From assembly GCA_027448865.1 (NCBI GenBank), contig DAIDMR010000235.1, forward strand, positions 1 through 45,128: a stretch of 45,128 nt of DNA. The letters are read 5' to 3'. This document shows positions 1-10,066 of the stretch, piece after piece. The notes under the pieces are model-generated. The model was not told where the DNA came from. It made no database searches and saw only the letters and a program-made list of their open reading frames with translations. Made by a program: the position numbers and the translations under genes. Numbering within the stretch: the stretch's first letter is position 1; each line of letters opens with the position of its first letter. This DNA is from Vampirovibrio sp. Lineage in GTDB: Bacteria > Cyanobacteriota > Vampirovibrionia > Vampirovibrionales > Vampirovibrionaceae.

Positions 1-1312
1 AGAATACCGGCACTTCGTAATCCTGGGCCAGTTTCAAAATTTTAGATCCGGGCCGGGCGTTGGCCTTGATGGCAATCACGGCATTGGCGTCGTACACGTT
101 CTTGGTAATGCGCACGTGGTGCAGGTTCAGCCGCTCCAGAATGCGATCCAGATAAGACTTGCTGATGCCATACACAAACACCCGATACTCTTCCTGGCCC
201 ACGGGTAAAGCGGCCAAGTCCCGAGGGTGTTCGGTAAACTCCCCCGCATTGAAGCTGCCGGGCTCCGGTTCCATGATATGGCCGGGCATGACTTCAAAGT
301 CGGTCTTCAAAACTTTGGTAGCCCCGGTTTCGCTATCGATTTTGCGAATTTCCGGAAACAGCGTCCAGCCCCGCAACAGGTGATCCACGGCTTCGGCCAC
401 ATCGGGGTAAACGGCCAGTGTGTGGCGATCCCGGATTTCGATGCAGATATCAAAGGTGGGTTTTTTGGCCCGTTCCTGAATGGTTTTCTGAGAGGCCCGA
501 CGCTTGGCCTCTTCATCGCCCAGGGTGACGGTTTGGATGCCTCCGGCCAAGTCAGATAGCATGGGGTTTTTGACTAGATTTTCCAGGGTATGTCCGTGGG
601 CGGTGGCCACCAGAATGACCCCCCGTTCGGCAATGGTGCGGGCGGCCATGGCTTCATCCTCGGTGCCGATTTCATCCACGATGATCACTTCCGGGGTGTG
701 GTTTTGCACCGCCTCGATCATGGTTTCTTTCTGGCGATCTCGATCCGGTACTTGCATGCGGCGGGCCCGGCCCACCGCCGGGTGGGGAATATCGCCGTCT
801 CCAGCGATTTCGTTGGAAGTGTCCACAATGACCACCCGCTTTTGGCCTTCTCCGGCCAGCAACATGGCGATTTCCCGAAGGCGGGAGGTTTTCCCCACAC
901 CGGGGCGACCTAGTAGCAGCACACTTTTGCCGCTTTGGATGATATCTTTAATGGGATCCACGGTGCCCGTGACCAGTTTGCCCACCCGGCAGGTCAGGCC
1001 CACAATATCCCCTTGCCGGTTGCGCATGGCGCTGATGCGGTGCAGGGTGCGGGGGATACCGGCCCGGTTATCGCTGGTAAAGTAGCCCATGTGCTTGACC
1101 ACGTGATGAATTTCATCCAGGGTCACCTGCTGCTCGCCCAACTCCAACAGTTTACCTTCGGAAAAGCGGGCTTCCGGTAGGCGTCCGAGATCCATGACGA
1201 TTTCAATTAAGTCTTCTGTATCAACCACTTGAAGCGCGTGCCGGATGCGCTCGGGGAGAATCTCAATAAGCAGTTGCAGGTCAGTAGCGATGGCGTTTCC
1301 CTCAAAAATCAC
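1..1312 (-). CDS. Ycf45/SpoIIIAA-like AAA ATPase with R3H-type C-terminal region (C-terminus runs off the window)
   Basis: The minus-strand frame is open from the window edge. It is absent from the ORF track because no stop lies inside the window. The translation contains Walker A LLLGRPGVGKTS plus VVIVDTSNEIAG and IIVDEIGT motifs. The N-terminus reads VIFEGNAIATDLQLLIEILPERIRHAL. Start placed at GTG 1312; alternatives are GTG 1333 and ATG 1195. Confidence 0.75.
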   Translation of the reverse strand, partial: MIFEGNAIATDLQLLIEILPERIRHALQVVDTEDLIEIVMDLGRLPEARFSEGKLLELGEQQVTLDEIHHVVKHMGYFTSDNRAGIPRTLHRISAMRNRQGDIVGLTCRVGKLVTGTVDPIKDIIQSGKSVLLLGRPGVGKTSRLREIAMLLAGEGQKRVVIVDTSNEIAGDGDIPHPAVGRARRMQVPDRDRQKETMIEAVQNHTPEVIIVDEIGTEDEAMAARTIAERGVILVATAHGHTLENLVKNPMLSDLAGGIQTVTLGDEEAKRRASQKTIQERAKKPTFDICIEIRDRHTLAVYPDVAEAVDHLLRGWTLFPEIRKIDSETGATKVLKTDFEVMPGHIMEPEPGSFNAGEFTEHPRDLAALPVGQEEYRVFVYGISKSYLDRILERLNLHHVRITKNVYDANAVIAIKANARPGSKILKLAQDYEVPVF

Positions 1313-1525
1313 AGGATGAGATGGCGATACCACACAATGTTGAGGCTGATTCAACGGCTGCAGAAAGTTTCTGCTCGCTTGGGCAGGCTTTTTCAGTGTC
1401 ACTTTCCTCTTGGATTGGTCCCTCTTGCCCTCATTATATATTAGGTTGGGCAGACTGTCCTGAAAATTTGACACTGATGCCTGTTTCTTATTTTACCCGC
1501 TTGTGCGGTTGGTGGCTATGCACGG

Positions 1526-2542
1526 CTAGAAAGGGCGCCATCGATCCTGTTGAAAGGCTTGCGTAATGCGTTGGGCTTGGTGTGCTGCCTCTTTTGCTGA
1601 AAGGTTCCACACCGCTTGTCGGGCCATGGTGCCCATGCCCACCCCGGCAATAAACTGATATTCCGGGTGCTGAAGCAGTTTGGCAGTGTGACCATTTATT
1701 CCCCCGGAGATGGTAATGATGGGTGGGATGAGCCCGGCAATTTCAAACGCCTGCCGGGTGTAGCGGGCCGCTTGCAAGGCGGGACAGGAAGCCTCCGGGT
1801 GATCGTTGCCCGACATGGGTGCACCGTCAATTTGCAGGAAGAGGGGCAATGGGTGGGCTTGTTGGGCGGTTTGCACAAAGCGAATCATCTGCTCAGCGGG
1901 AACGGCCTCAGGCCGGAAGCACAGGGCCATGAGCTTGTTTCTCAGCAGAGGCTGCCAGCGTATGAGAAAGGCTTCCAGCATATAGGGATCAACATAATGG
2001 CTGTGGATCTCCACCGCTTCGGTGGCCGGATGGCTGAGGGCCGCTTCAATCTGGCTTTCCACCTGAAAGGGCAGCAAGTGCAGGGCATCGGTGGGACAAG
2101 TGGGCACACAGCGCCCGCAGCCGTAGCAGAGATCCTGGGAGATGGCCAACGCATCCGGCAGGCTGATGGCCTCTGTGGGGCAAGCGGGCAAACAGAGCCC
2201 GCACCGGATGCAATCAGGCTCGCTTAGTTCAATTTTTCGGAAATGCGGGTCGGGGTCCAATGGCACGCTGACCATCAGCACGGCTGGTGCGGATTGGGCG
2301 TTTTGTATTTCCTGTTGCACCAGACCAATCAGGCTGGCGTCGGGGGCGATATCAATACAATCTGCGCCTGCCGTGAGGTATGCTTGACTAACGGCGGCGA
2401 TTTTATCGGCCTGCGTGAAGCTGCCCCCGCCAATGAGCTTGAAAAAGCGTCGCTGCAGAAGGGCCTCCCACATGCGGGCCTGTGCGGCGCTGAAGGAGGC
2501 GGGTGGGACGGGTTTGGGCAAGGGCGGGCGGGGAAGGCTCAT
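1526..2542 (-). CDS. ldpA: LdpA-like iron-sulfur protein
   Basis: 338-aa ORF. It has FKLIGGGSF...AGADCIDIAPD near the N-terminus and two ferredoxin-type motifs, CIRCGLCLPACP and CYGCGRCVPTCP. This layout is typical of cyanobacterial LdpA. Confidence 0.65.
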   Translation of the reverse strand: MSLPRPPLPKPVPPASFSAAQARMWEALLQRRFFKLIGGGSFTQADKIAAVSQAYLTAGADCIDIAPDASLIGLVQQEIQNAQSAPAVLMVSVPLDPDPHFRKIELSEPDCIRCGLCLPACPTEAISLPDALAISQDLCYGCGRCVPTCPTDALHLLPFQVESQIEAALSHPATEAVEIHSHYVDPYMLEAFLIRWQPLLRNKLMALCFRPEAVPAEQMIRFVQTAQQAHPLPLFLQIDGAPMSGNDHPEASCPALQAARYTRQAFEIAGLIPPIITISGGINGHTAKLLQHPEYQFIAGVGMGTMARQAVWNLSAKEAAHQAQRITQAFQQDRWRPF

Positions 2543-2654
2543 GGTGTTTACACCATAGCCAAAGGATGGGCGGGGTTCAACATGCGGCCCCGGTGTGGTT
2601 ACGGATTGCTTGTTTGCTGAGTTGGGTTTGGGGTATAAAATAGTTTCATTCCCT

Positions 2655-3958
<1,304 letters not shown>

Positions 3959-3961
3959 GGC

Positions 3962-4588
3962 TTACACTTTTCCCTTGGCTTCGGTCTTCTTCCAGTTGGG
4001 TAGCTGGCCGGGGTCCGCAGCTCCCGATGCCACCAGATTGAAGGTGTCCCAATGTTCTCTCAGGGCCTCAATACGGAGTGAGTCCGGTTCGCATTGCCAC
4101 ACGTACTTGCCCTTCTTGTTGAATTCGCCTTCCCACAGCGCCCCATTTTCTCGAATGAGCTTCCACAGCACCTCTTCCTCATAGGACAACAGGTGTTGTT
4201 GCTTGAAAGCCAGATTGATGAAACGGTCCGGCTCAAAGGGGTCCCAGATTTCATCCATCAAATTGTAGGAGAACCCGTTCTGGTTCACGATAAGGCCGCT
4301 CTCTGGGTCATCCAGGATACGGCTCAGCGCCCATTCTGCTACAGAGGTGAAATTGCGGTGCTGTTTCCTTGCCATGAGGTCCAATGCGAATTTCAGACGA
4401 GGAGAGAGCCGCATGGTCACGGTTTCGGTTTTGCTGCCACCCTTGGAGAGCTTGGCAGAGGTGGTTTCAGGGATGGCGCGTGTTGCTTCCAATGCGGGGT
4501 CCTCCGGGAAAATGTAAACAGGTATTACCAGTAAAGTTCTGAATTTTTCTATATAAAACCACAGCCTTGCAAAAGATTCAATATTCAT
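3962..4588 (-). CDS. Hypothetical protein with ribbon-helix-helix-like segment, co-transcribed with int
   Basis: 208-aa ORF. TVTMRLSPRLKFALDLMARKQHRNFTSVAEWAL fits a strand-helix-helix pattern. The stop lies 3 nt upstream of the int start. The true start is uncertain. Confidence 0.6.
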   Translation of the reverse strand: MNIESFARLWFYIEKFRTLLVIPVYIFPEDPALEATRAIPETTSAKLSKGGSKTETVTMRLSPRLKFALDLMARKQHRNFTSVAEWALSRILDDPESGLIVNQNGFSYNLMDEIWDPFEPDRFINLAFKQQHLLSYEEEVLWKLIRENGALWEGEFNKKGKYVWQCEPDSLRIEALREHWDTFNLVASGAADPGQLPNWKKTEAKGKV

Positions 4589-4601
4589 AGTAAAAGATTT
4601 T

Positions 4602-4622
4602 GTGTATTCATTTTGAATACAC
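4602..4622. promoter_or_regulatory. Perfect inverted repeat GTGTATTCA-TTT-TGAATACAC in a divergent promoter region (candidate operator)
   Basis: Read directly. It lies between the leftward RHH-int genes and the rightward xis-rep-primase genes. Confidence 0.5.
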
Positions 4623-4650
4623 CAGAGTCAAAAATGAGGAAAAGAAATCT

Positions 4651-4881
4651 ATGAGTATTGCTCATTACCCGGATGGCCGGATGTCACCCCAGCAAGCGGC
4701 TGATTACGTCGGTTGCTCCATGAAAACGTTGGCAATGAAGCGTTGTACCGGCACAGGGCCGGAATTCGTCAAGGTAGGAGGCCGTATTTTCTACTATCAA
4801 GCTGACCTCGACTTGTGGATTAACCGCCATGGCAAGCTGAAAACAACGGCCCAGGCACGCTTAAAGCCTGTGAATGGTTAA
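4651..4881 (+). CDS. Excisionase/AlpA-type helix-turn-helix DNA-binding protein
   Basis: MSPQQAADYVGCSMKTLAMKRCTGTGPEFVKVGGRIFYYQADLDLWI matches the MerR-like excisionase HTH pattern. ATG at 4651 is preceded by GAGGA; the tracked ORF starts upstream at 4600. Confidence 0.75.
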   Translation: MSIAHYPDGRMSPQQAADYVGCSMKTLAMKRCTGTGPEFVKVGGRIFYYQADLDLWINRHGKLKTTAQARLKPVNG

Positions 4882-5431
4882 TCTGCTGAAGTTTGATGGA
4901 GCCAAAGGAATGAGCGGCGGGTTTATCTTATTGCATCGAAAACTGATGCTGCACTGGCTCTATGAGTCTGAGCGGCCATTCACGAAGCGCGAGGCGTGGA
5001 TAGACCTGCTCTTTTTGGCTGCCTACAAAGTGCATTCTCGTGAGCTGGATGGCAAGTTAGCGAATTTGGAAGTAGGGGATATTCCCACTTCCATGCAGCA
5101 ACTGGCAGGTCGGTGGCACTGGACTTGGCGGCGGGTACGGACTTTTCTCAAAACCCTTGAAAATGACGGAATGATTCGCATAGTCAAGCACACGCATAAC
5201 AGCACAATCCTGAAACTCAATAATTACGCTTATTATCAGCTCAAAACTGAGGGCCAGGACACAACGACCAACATAGCCACCAGCACATTAACTCGCTCAC
5301 CCAACAGCAGAGCCAGCAGCAGGACATATAAAAAGAAAGGAGCAAATAAAGAAAAACAAAAAAATAATGACGGAGATTTTCTTGATGATGATGCGTGGAT
5401 GAAAGGAGCGCTCGGCTATGGAGATTCGTGA
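4874..5431 (+). CDS. Replication-associated winged-helix-like protein (hypothetical)
   Basis: 185-aa ORF that overlaps both neighbours (xis stop and primase start). WTWRRVRTFLKTLENDGMI resembles a wHTH. The position upstream of the primase-helicase is typical of replication organisers. Confidence 0.55.
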   Translation: MVNLLKFDGAKGMSGGFILLHRKLMLHWLYESERPFTKREAWIDLLFLAAYKVHSRELDGKLANLEVGDIPTSMQQLAGRWHWTWRRVRTFLKTLENDGMIRIVKHTHNSTILKLNNYAYYQLKTEGQDTTTNIATSTLTRSPNSRASSRTYKKKGANKEKQKNNDGDFLDDDAWMKGALGYGDS

Positions 5432-7232
5432 TATTAATCGCTTGCTGGTTCAGAACATCGACCATGTTCTGGACTATTTGCTTCCTCAAGGTGTGGCTCA
5501 ATATGGGGAGTACTGCGTTGGCAGTGTCGATGGTGAGCCTGGAGACTCGCTAAAGGTTCATTTGCGGGGACGCAAAGCCGGAGTGTGGTGTGATTTTGCC
5601 AACCCCCAGCACACGGGAGACTTGGTGGAATTGTGGCGGCTTACGCGTAACCTCGCGTTGCCCCAGGCTTTGAAGGAAATCAAAGACTTTCTAAGGCTCC
5701 CGGACGAACCTCGCTTTGTGAAAAGTCGGCAGAAGACTTACAAGCGGCCTGAATTCCCGCCATATGAAAGCCCTAAACAGGCTGTATTGGATTATTTATG
5801 TCAAGAGCGGCTTCTGACAAAAGAAACCTTGGGTGCTTTTCAGGTAGGCGAATCTGGCGGTGCTATTTATTTTCCGTTTTATCGTGATGGCAAAGTTCTT
5901 CACTGGAAGAAGCTGTCTCTTAAACGTCCGAATGGCAAGAAGCAGATTCTGACTTCATCCGGTACGGAGCCTATCCTGTTTGGCTGGCAGGCGCTTGAGT
6001 CTGCCTACCCCAACACCCGGTATGTGGTGATTTGCGAGGGTGAAATCGATGCCATGACGCTTCACCAATACGGCATTCCTGCTTTGTCGGTCCCCTTTGG
6101 CGGTGGCGGTGATAAAAAGCAACAGTGGGTTGATTGTGAATATGACCGATTGGAACGCTTTGAGGAAATTTATCTTTGCATGGACCAAGACGCTTCCGGG
6201 AAAGAGGCCGTCCAAGAATTGGTTATGCGCCTCGGGGCCGAGCGTTGTCGGGTGATGGAATTACCTGCTAAAGACCCGAATGAATGCTTACAGGGCGGTA
6301 TGACCGCAGATGAAGTTCAGTACTACTTGAAGACATCGCAAACTCTTGACCCGGAGGAATTGCAAGGTGTTGGTGCCTACCGTCAGAGTGTTCTGGATTT
6401 ATTTTATCCTGATAGCGGCTCGATAAAACAGGAATCCACGCCTCTCCCATGGGCCAAACTGGAAGGCTATTTTGAATTGCGAGCTGGGGAGCTGACCATT
6501 TGGACGGGTATTAACGGCCATGGTAAATCCCAGATGCTGGGGCATGCGGCACTGCATATGATTCTGCATGGTCAGAAAGTCTGTATCGCCTCCATGGAAA
6601 TCAAACCGGAGCGTCTGCTTTACAAACTTACCAAGCAGGCAGCGGGCGTTCGCCACCCTGCGCTGGAACTTATCGATGAAACGTTTGATTGGCTTGGGGA
6701 TGGACTATGGCTTTTTAACGTGGTGGGCACGGCGAAAACCCACCGACTTCTGGAAGTATTTCACTATGCCCGCAAACGGTACGGTGTAAACCATTTTGTG
6801 GTTGATTCCCTCTTAAAGTGCGGATTGGCCGAAGATGACTACAACGGGCAGAAACTGTTTGTGGAGCAGCTTTGTGACTTCAAGAACCAGTACGATTGCC
6901 ATATCCACCTCGTTGTACACCCTCGTAAGGGGAATGATGAATACGCACCCGTAGGCAAAATGGATGTCAAGGGTAGCGGTGCCATTACCGACCTTGCCGA
7001 CAATATCGTATCAGTCTGGCGGAACAAGAAGAAGGAAGAGATGATGGCCGCCGGTAACGAGGTACGACCGGAAGACTTGGCTAAGCCCGATGCGTTCCTA
7101 ACGTGTGCTAAACAACGCAATGGTGAATGGGAAGGGCGGTTGGCCTTGTGGTTTGACCGGGAGAGCGGGCAGTTCTTGAATCAACAAGACGATAAACCCT
7201 CCTCGTATTCAAAATTGATGAAACCATTTTGA
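5418..7232 (+). CDS. Bifunctional primase-helicase (Toprim plus DnaB/Twinkle-like ATPase)
   Basis: 604 aa. Toprim segment VVICEGEIDAMTLHQYGIPALSVPFGGGG. Walker A WTGINGHGKSQ. Walker B HFVVDSL. Also HLVVHPRK and a C-terminal KQRNG motif. Confidence 0.85.
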   Translation: MEIRDINRLLVQNIDHVLDYLLPQGVAQYGEYCVGSVDGEPGDSLKVHLRGRKAGVWCDFANPQHTGDLVELWRLTRNLALPQALKEIKDFLRLPDEPRFVKSRQKTYKRPEFPPYESPKQAVLDYLCQERLLTKETLGAFQVGESGGAIYFPFYRDGKVLHWKKLSLKRPNGKKQILTSSGTEPILFGWQALESAYPNTRYVVICEGEIDAMTLHQYGIPALSVPFGGGGDKKQQWVDCEYDRLERFEEIYLCMDQDASGKEAVQELVMRLGAERCRVMELPAKDPNECLQGGMTADEVQYYLKTSQTLDPEELQGVGAYRQSVLDLFYPDSGSIKQESTPLPWAKLEGYFELRAGELTIWTGINGHGKSQMLGHAALHMILHGQKVCIASMEIKPERLLYKLTKQAAGVRHPALELIDETFDWLGDGLWLFNVVGTAKTHRLLEVFHYARKRYGVNHFVVDSLLKCGLAEDDYNGQKLFVEQLCDFKNQYDCHIHLVVHPRKGNDEYAPVGKMDVKGSGAITDLADNIVSVWRNKKKEEMMAAGNEVRPEDLAKPDAFLTCAKQRNGEWEGRLALWFDRESGQFLNQQDDKPSSYSKLMKPF

Positions 7233-7567
7233 ATTTCTACACGGAGTTGTTTCAAGGCCCTACTGATTGCTCGCGGGAACACCAACCGCGGGCTTTGAGT
7301 ATGAATCCGCCCGGATGCCAAGGAGAAGCATCGCGCCCATTTCATGACGCTGGTAGGGCTGACACCCAGCTTCTTGGCAACCACGTGGCAGGGCTGGCCA
7401 GCTTCATACAACTCGGCAGCCTGCTTTTTGACCTCATATGGCACCGTCCAGAGATGCGACAGGCTGAAGTCATAGGAACAGCCTCGACAGCGCCATTTCT
7501 GACGACCGGCGAAGAAGCCGTTTTTGACTGGATGGGGTTTATTACAGCGCGGGCATAATGGACGCAT
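7181..7567 (-). CDS. InsA-like zinc-ribbon plus HTH protein (no transposase partner)
   Basis: CPRCNKPHPVKNGFFAGRQKWRCRGCSYDFS followed by AELYEAGQPCHVVAKKLGVSPTSVMKWAR. ATG at 7567 is preceded by AAGAGG. Its 3' end overlaps the primase-helicase 3' end convergently by 52 nt. Confidence 0.6.
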   Translation of the reverse strand: MRPLCPRCNKPHPVKNGFFAGRQKWRCRGCSYDFSLSHLWTVPYEVKKQAAELYEAGQPCHVVAKKLGVSPTSVMKWARCFSLASGRIHTQSPRLVFPRAISRALKQLRVEIQNGFINFEYEEGLSSC

Positions 7568-7769
7568 AGAGCCTCTTTTTGAACATCTGTTAATTCTTGT
7601 ACATCTATTACTTATTATTGTCGCTGATTCTGCCCTAACGAGTCCGTAGTGATGGAAAACGACAAACGAAGCCACCTTCGCAACGGGAGGCAGTCGTTTA
7701 AACACCGCTACACGCTTGCAAGAAGCCCATGAACACCCTCTGAAATCCTTACAATACCCTTTCTGATTT

Positions 7770-8075
7770 CTAAACCTCAGGGTGCTGAGCCAACAGTGCG
7801 GTAAGTTCTTGTCTACTTAAATTCCTCAATACCCATAACAAGACTGCATCTCGCTCTTCCTTACTCACCAGGACATCCTGAAAATAAAGAGTGCGAAGGT
7901 GTGAGTAGGCTATTTGGTAGAACTCTGCAAGCCTTTTGAGTCTTTCTGGATTTGGAACACGCTCACCCTTTTCATAGCGGCTGATATCTATTTTGGCAAT
8001 GCCTGTTCCCTTGGTAACGTCAAGTAAAGAGCGCTCTCCTCTCAGACTTCTCAATTTCTGACCTAGTTCGTTCAC
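7770..8075 (-). CDS. XRE-family HTH transcriptional regulator
   Basis: LGQKLRSLRGERSLLDVTKGTGIAKIDISRYEKGERVPNPERLKRLAEFYQI is a classic Cro/CI-type HTH. Confidence 0.85.
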   Translation of the reverse strand: MNELGQKLRSLRGERSLLDVTKGTGIAKIDISRYEKGERVPNPERLKRLAEFYQIAYSHLRTLYFQDVLVSKEERDAVLLWVLRNLSRQELTALLAQHPEV

Positions 8076-8128
8076 TTGACAAGACTCTTTGCTTACGGAT
8101 AATTCAATGGGTAGACATGTTGTCTACC
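8076..8128 (+). promoter_or_regulatory. Candidate sigma70 promoter plus operator for the nuclease operon
   Basis: TTGACA (8076-8081), 16-nt spacer, GATAAT (8098-8103). This is followed immediately by the perfect inverted repeat GGTAGACA-TGT-TGTCTACC (8110-8128). Confidence 0.5.
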
Positions 8129-8166
8129 TTGCCTAATTACACAAAAAGCCTGCCGTTCCCACTGGA

Positions 8167-9348
8167 ATGGCAGACCTTAGACATAGTTTGAAAGCAGCCT
8201 ATCACAGCCATAAGGCTCTGTCTTGTGCTGGCTACCTACTTAATGCTGAGCTTGAATTTGTGCCACCATCATCTGAAAAAAGCGAACTGGAAAGACGCTT
8301 CGAGAAATTGTTCTCCGAAGTCTTCCGTTGCGACTGGCACAAGCACCTGCAAGACGAGTATCGCGTCCAGGTAGACGGCAAGAACTACTACATCGACTAC
8401 GTTTACATCGCCCAAGGCCGTAAGATTGCCATCGAAGTGGACGGTCACGACAAAATCAAAGGGGCGACTGACTCCACCCAAAAATTCCATGACCTTTTGA
8501 CCCGACAGAATGACCTCATGGGCCAAGGCTTTGAAGTGTATCGGTTCGGGTGGAACCATGTGGTCTCTATGGGGGGCTGGCGTGCCAGACGAGACTTGAA
8601 ACGCATCTTCAAGGGCGTCATCAAGCCTCAGCGCCAGCCGGAAGAGAGGAAGCAGGCCAGCCCTATATTCCAGACACTGCCAGTGCTATGGAAATCCCGA
8701 AAGTCAGGGGGATTGGCAACCCATAATGCACCAGCACCCGGTAATAGCGGCCAAAACTCACAGCCGGATATCATCGAAGCCGAGGTACTCCCGTATCATC
8801 CCCCGGCTCACAATCAGGGCATGATGAAGGGGTTTGTCGTGGGCGTGAGCGTGTTGGGCTTCCTGCTGATTACCCTCGAACTGATTCGCGGCTCGCAGCT
8901 CCATCCAGAGGTTAAGCCAGAGACTTCCGTATCTGAGCATGCTTTGGAATCAGTCCCGCCTTCTTCGGGCAAGGAGACGCCTCAGAAGAAACGAGTTACC
9001 CATAGGGCTGCCATTATTGAGAAAGTACGCACGGTGTATGTGCCTGTTCTCTCAAAATCCACCAGCACCAAGCCAATTGCTCCATCCGTCCTGCCTACTC
9101 AAGCCTCAACAGCTCACCCGGAGTCAAGCCCAGAACCTACCCCCGCCCCAATTCCTCAAATTACCGAGCAACCAGTCCAACAAGCCGCCCCGATTATGGA
9201 TGAAATCGTAGCCTTCAACCAGAATTCTGGCATCTACCATAGACTCAATTGCACATGGGCTAAGCGGTGCAGGCATTGCATCACCATCCATCAGAGCGAG
9301 GCCGAGCAAATGGGAGGCAGGCCCGCCAAGACCTGTGACCCGTTATGA
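8167..9348 (+). CDS. Membrane-anchored DUF559/Vsr-like (PD-(D/E)xK) endonuclease with Pro-rich linker and Ada-like Cys-rich C-terminal domain
   Basis: N-terminal SELERRFEKLF...YYIDYVYIAQGRKIAIEVDGHDK...GFEVYRFGWNHV fits the DUF559 pattern. One hydrophobic helix, FVVGVSVLGFLLITLELI. A P/S/T-rich linker. C-terminal GIYHRLNCTWAKRCRHCITIHQSEAEQMGGRPAKTCDP. Confidence 0.7.
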   Translation: MADLRHSLKAAYHSHKALSCAGYLLNAELEFVPPSSEKSELERRFEKLFSEVFRCDWHKHLQDEYRVQVDGKNYYIDYVYIAQGRKIAIEVDGHDKIKGATDSTQKFHDLLTRQNDLMGQGFEVYRFGWNHVVSMGGWRARRDLKRIFKGVIKPQRQPEERKQASPIFQTLPVLWKSRKSGGLATHNAPAPGNSGQNSQPDIIEAEVLPYHPPAHNQGMMKGFVVGVSVLGFLLITLELIRGSQLHPEVKPETSVSEHALESVPPSSGKETPQKKRVTHRAAIIEKVRTVYVPVLSKSTSTKPIAPSVLPTQASTAHPESSPEPTPAPIPQITEQPVQQAAPIMDEIVAFNQNSGIYHRLNCTWAKRCRHCITIHQSEAEQMGGRPAKTCDPL

Positions 9349-9788
9349 GGTGGCTGGCAATTCTACTTTCCCTCACCCTGTTTGGTGCTGGTGCATATGC
9401 CGAACAAGTTCGCTACGTCATTGATGGCGATACTTTCATTATGTCTGATGACTCCCGTGTTCGCCTTGCTGGCATTGATGCACCCGAACTCAGCCAGCCC
9501 TATGGGCCAGAATCTAAGGCCTACTTGGAGAAGCTGATATCCGGTCGAGATGTAACCCTCCAATGCAACGGCGAGATGAGCTACAACCGGCGAATCTGCA
9601 ATGCTTTTGTGAATGGATTGGACATTCAACGCGACCTTGTGGGTTGGGGATTGGCGTTTGATTATGCCCAGTACTCCCATGGCATCTATCGTTCTGCCGA
9701 AGACTTCGCCTGTCGGATGAAGCGGGGCGTATGGAGCGGTGGTATGCGTCCGTGGGATTACAGACACAGAATGAAGGAGAAGCGCTAA
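9345..9788 (+). CDS. Secreted thermonuclease (staphylococcal nuclease homologue)
   Basis: Signal peptide MRWLAILLSLTLFGAGAYA. VIDGDTF...VRLAGIDAPE...YGPESKAYL...NRR match the SNase catalytic pattern. The start overlaps the upstream stop (ATGA). Confidence 0.85.
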   Translation: MRWLAILLSLTLFGAGAYAEQVRYVIDGDTFIMSDDSRVRLAGIDAPELSQPYGPESKAYLEKLISGRDVTLQCNGEMSYNRRICNAFVNGLDIQRDLVGWGLAFDYAQYSHGIYRSAEDFACRMKRGVWSGGMRPWDYRHRMKEKR

Positions 9789-9970
9789 TGTACAGCACGA
9801 CGGGTGAGCCAGTAACTTTGATGCACTGGCTCTATGCCATTGGGGTCTATGGACTCTTCATATACGGAATCTTTTACGTTTTGAAAGCAATAGGCAAAGG
9901 GCTTCTGGATTGCCTGATGGTTTTTGACCAGTTGTATAAAGAGTACAAAGCCCATACCCGCACTCACTAG
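9788..9970 (+). CDS. Small membrane protein (60 aa, one TM helix)
   Basis: ATG overlaps the SNase stop (TAATG). Hydrophobic segment WLYAIGVYGLFIYGIFYVL. The tracked ORF (9731) starts further upstream inside the SNase gene. Confidence 0.5.
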   Translation: MYSTTGEPVTLMHWLYAIGVYGLFIYGIFYVLKAIGKGLLDCLMVFDQLYKEYKAHTRTH

Positions 9971-10066
9971 ATAGGCCCCCATAATTCCTTGTCGATGGCA
10001 ATATGCAGTTTCATGCTGCACAAAACATGCTTCTTCGATAAAATGCTGAGTTAGAAGGGGGTAATC

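Noticed and set aside
227-1180. Several plus-strand ORFs (227-559, 504-1085, 590-913, 935-1180)
   Set aside because: These are antisense to the edge-truncated Ycf45-like ATPase, whose minus-strand translation carries clear Walker motifs. The plus-strand translations are S/R/P/M-rich nonsense.
7181-7705. IS1-family insertion sequence
   Set aside because: Only an InsA-like ORF is present. There is no InsB/DDE ORF, no frameshift site and no terminal inverted repeats. The long N-terminal extension in the tracked ORF is probably not translated.
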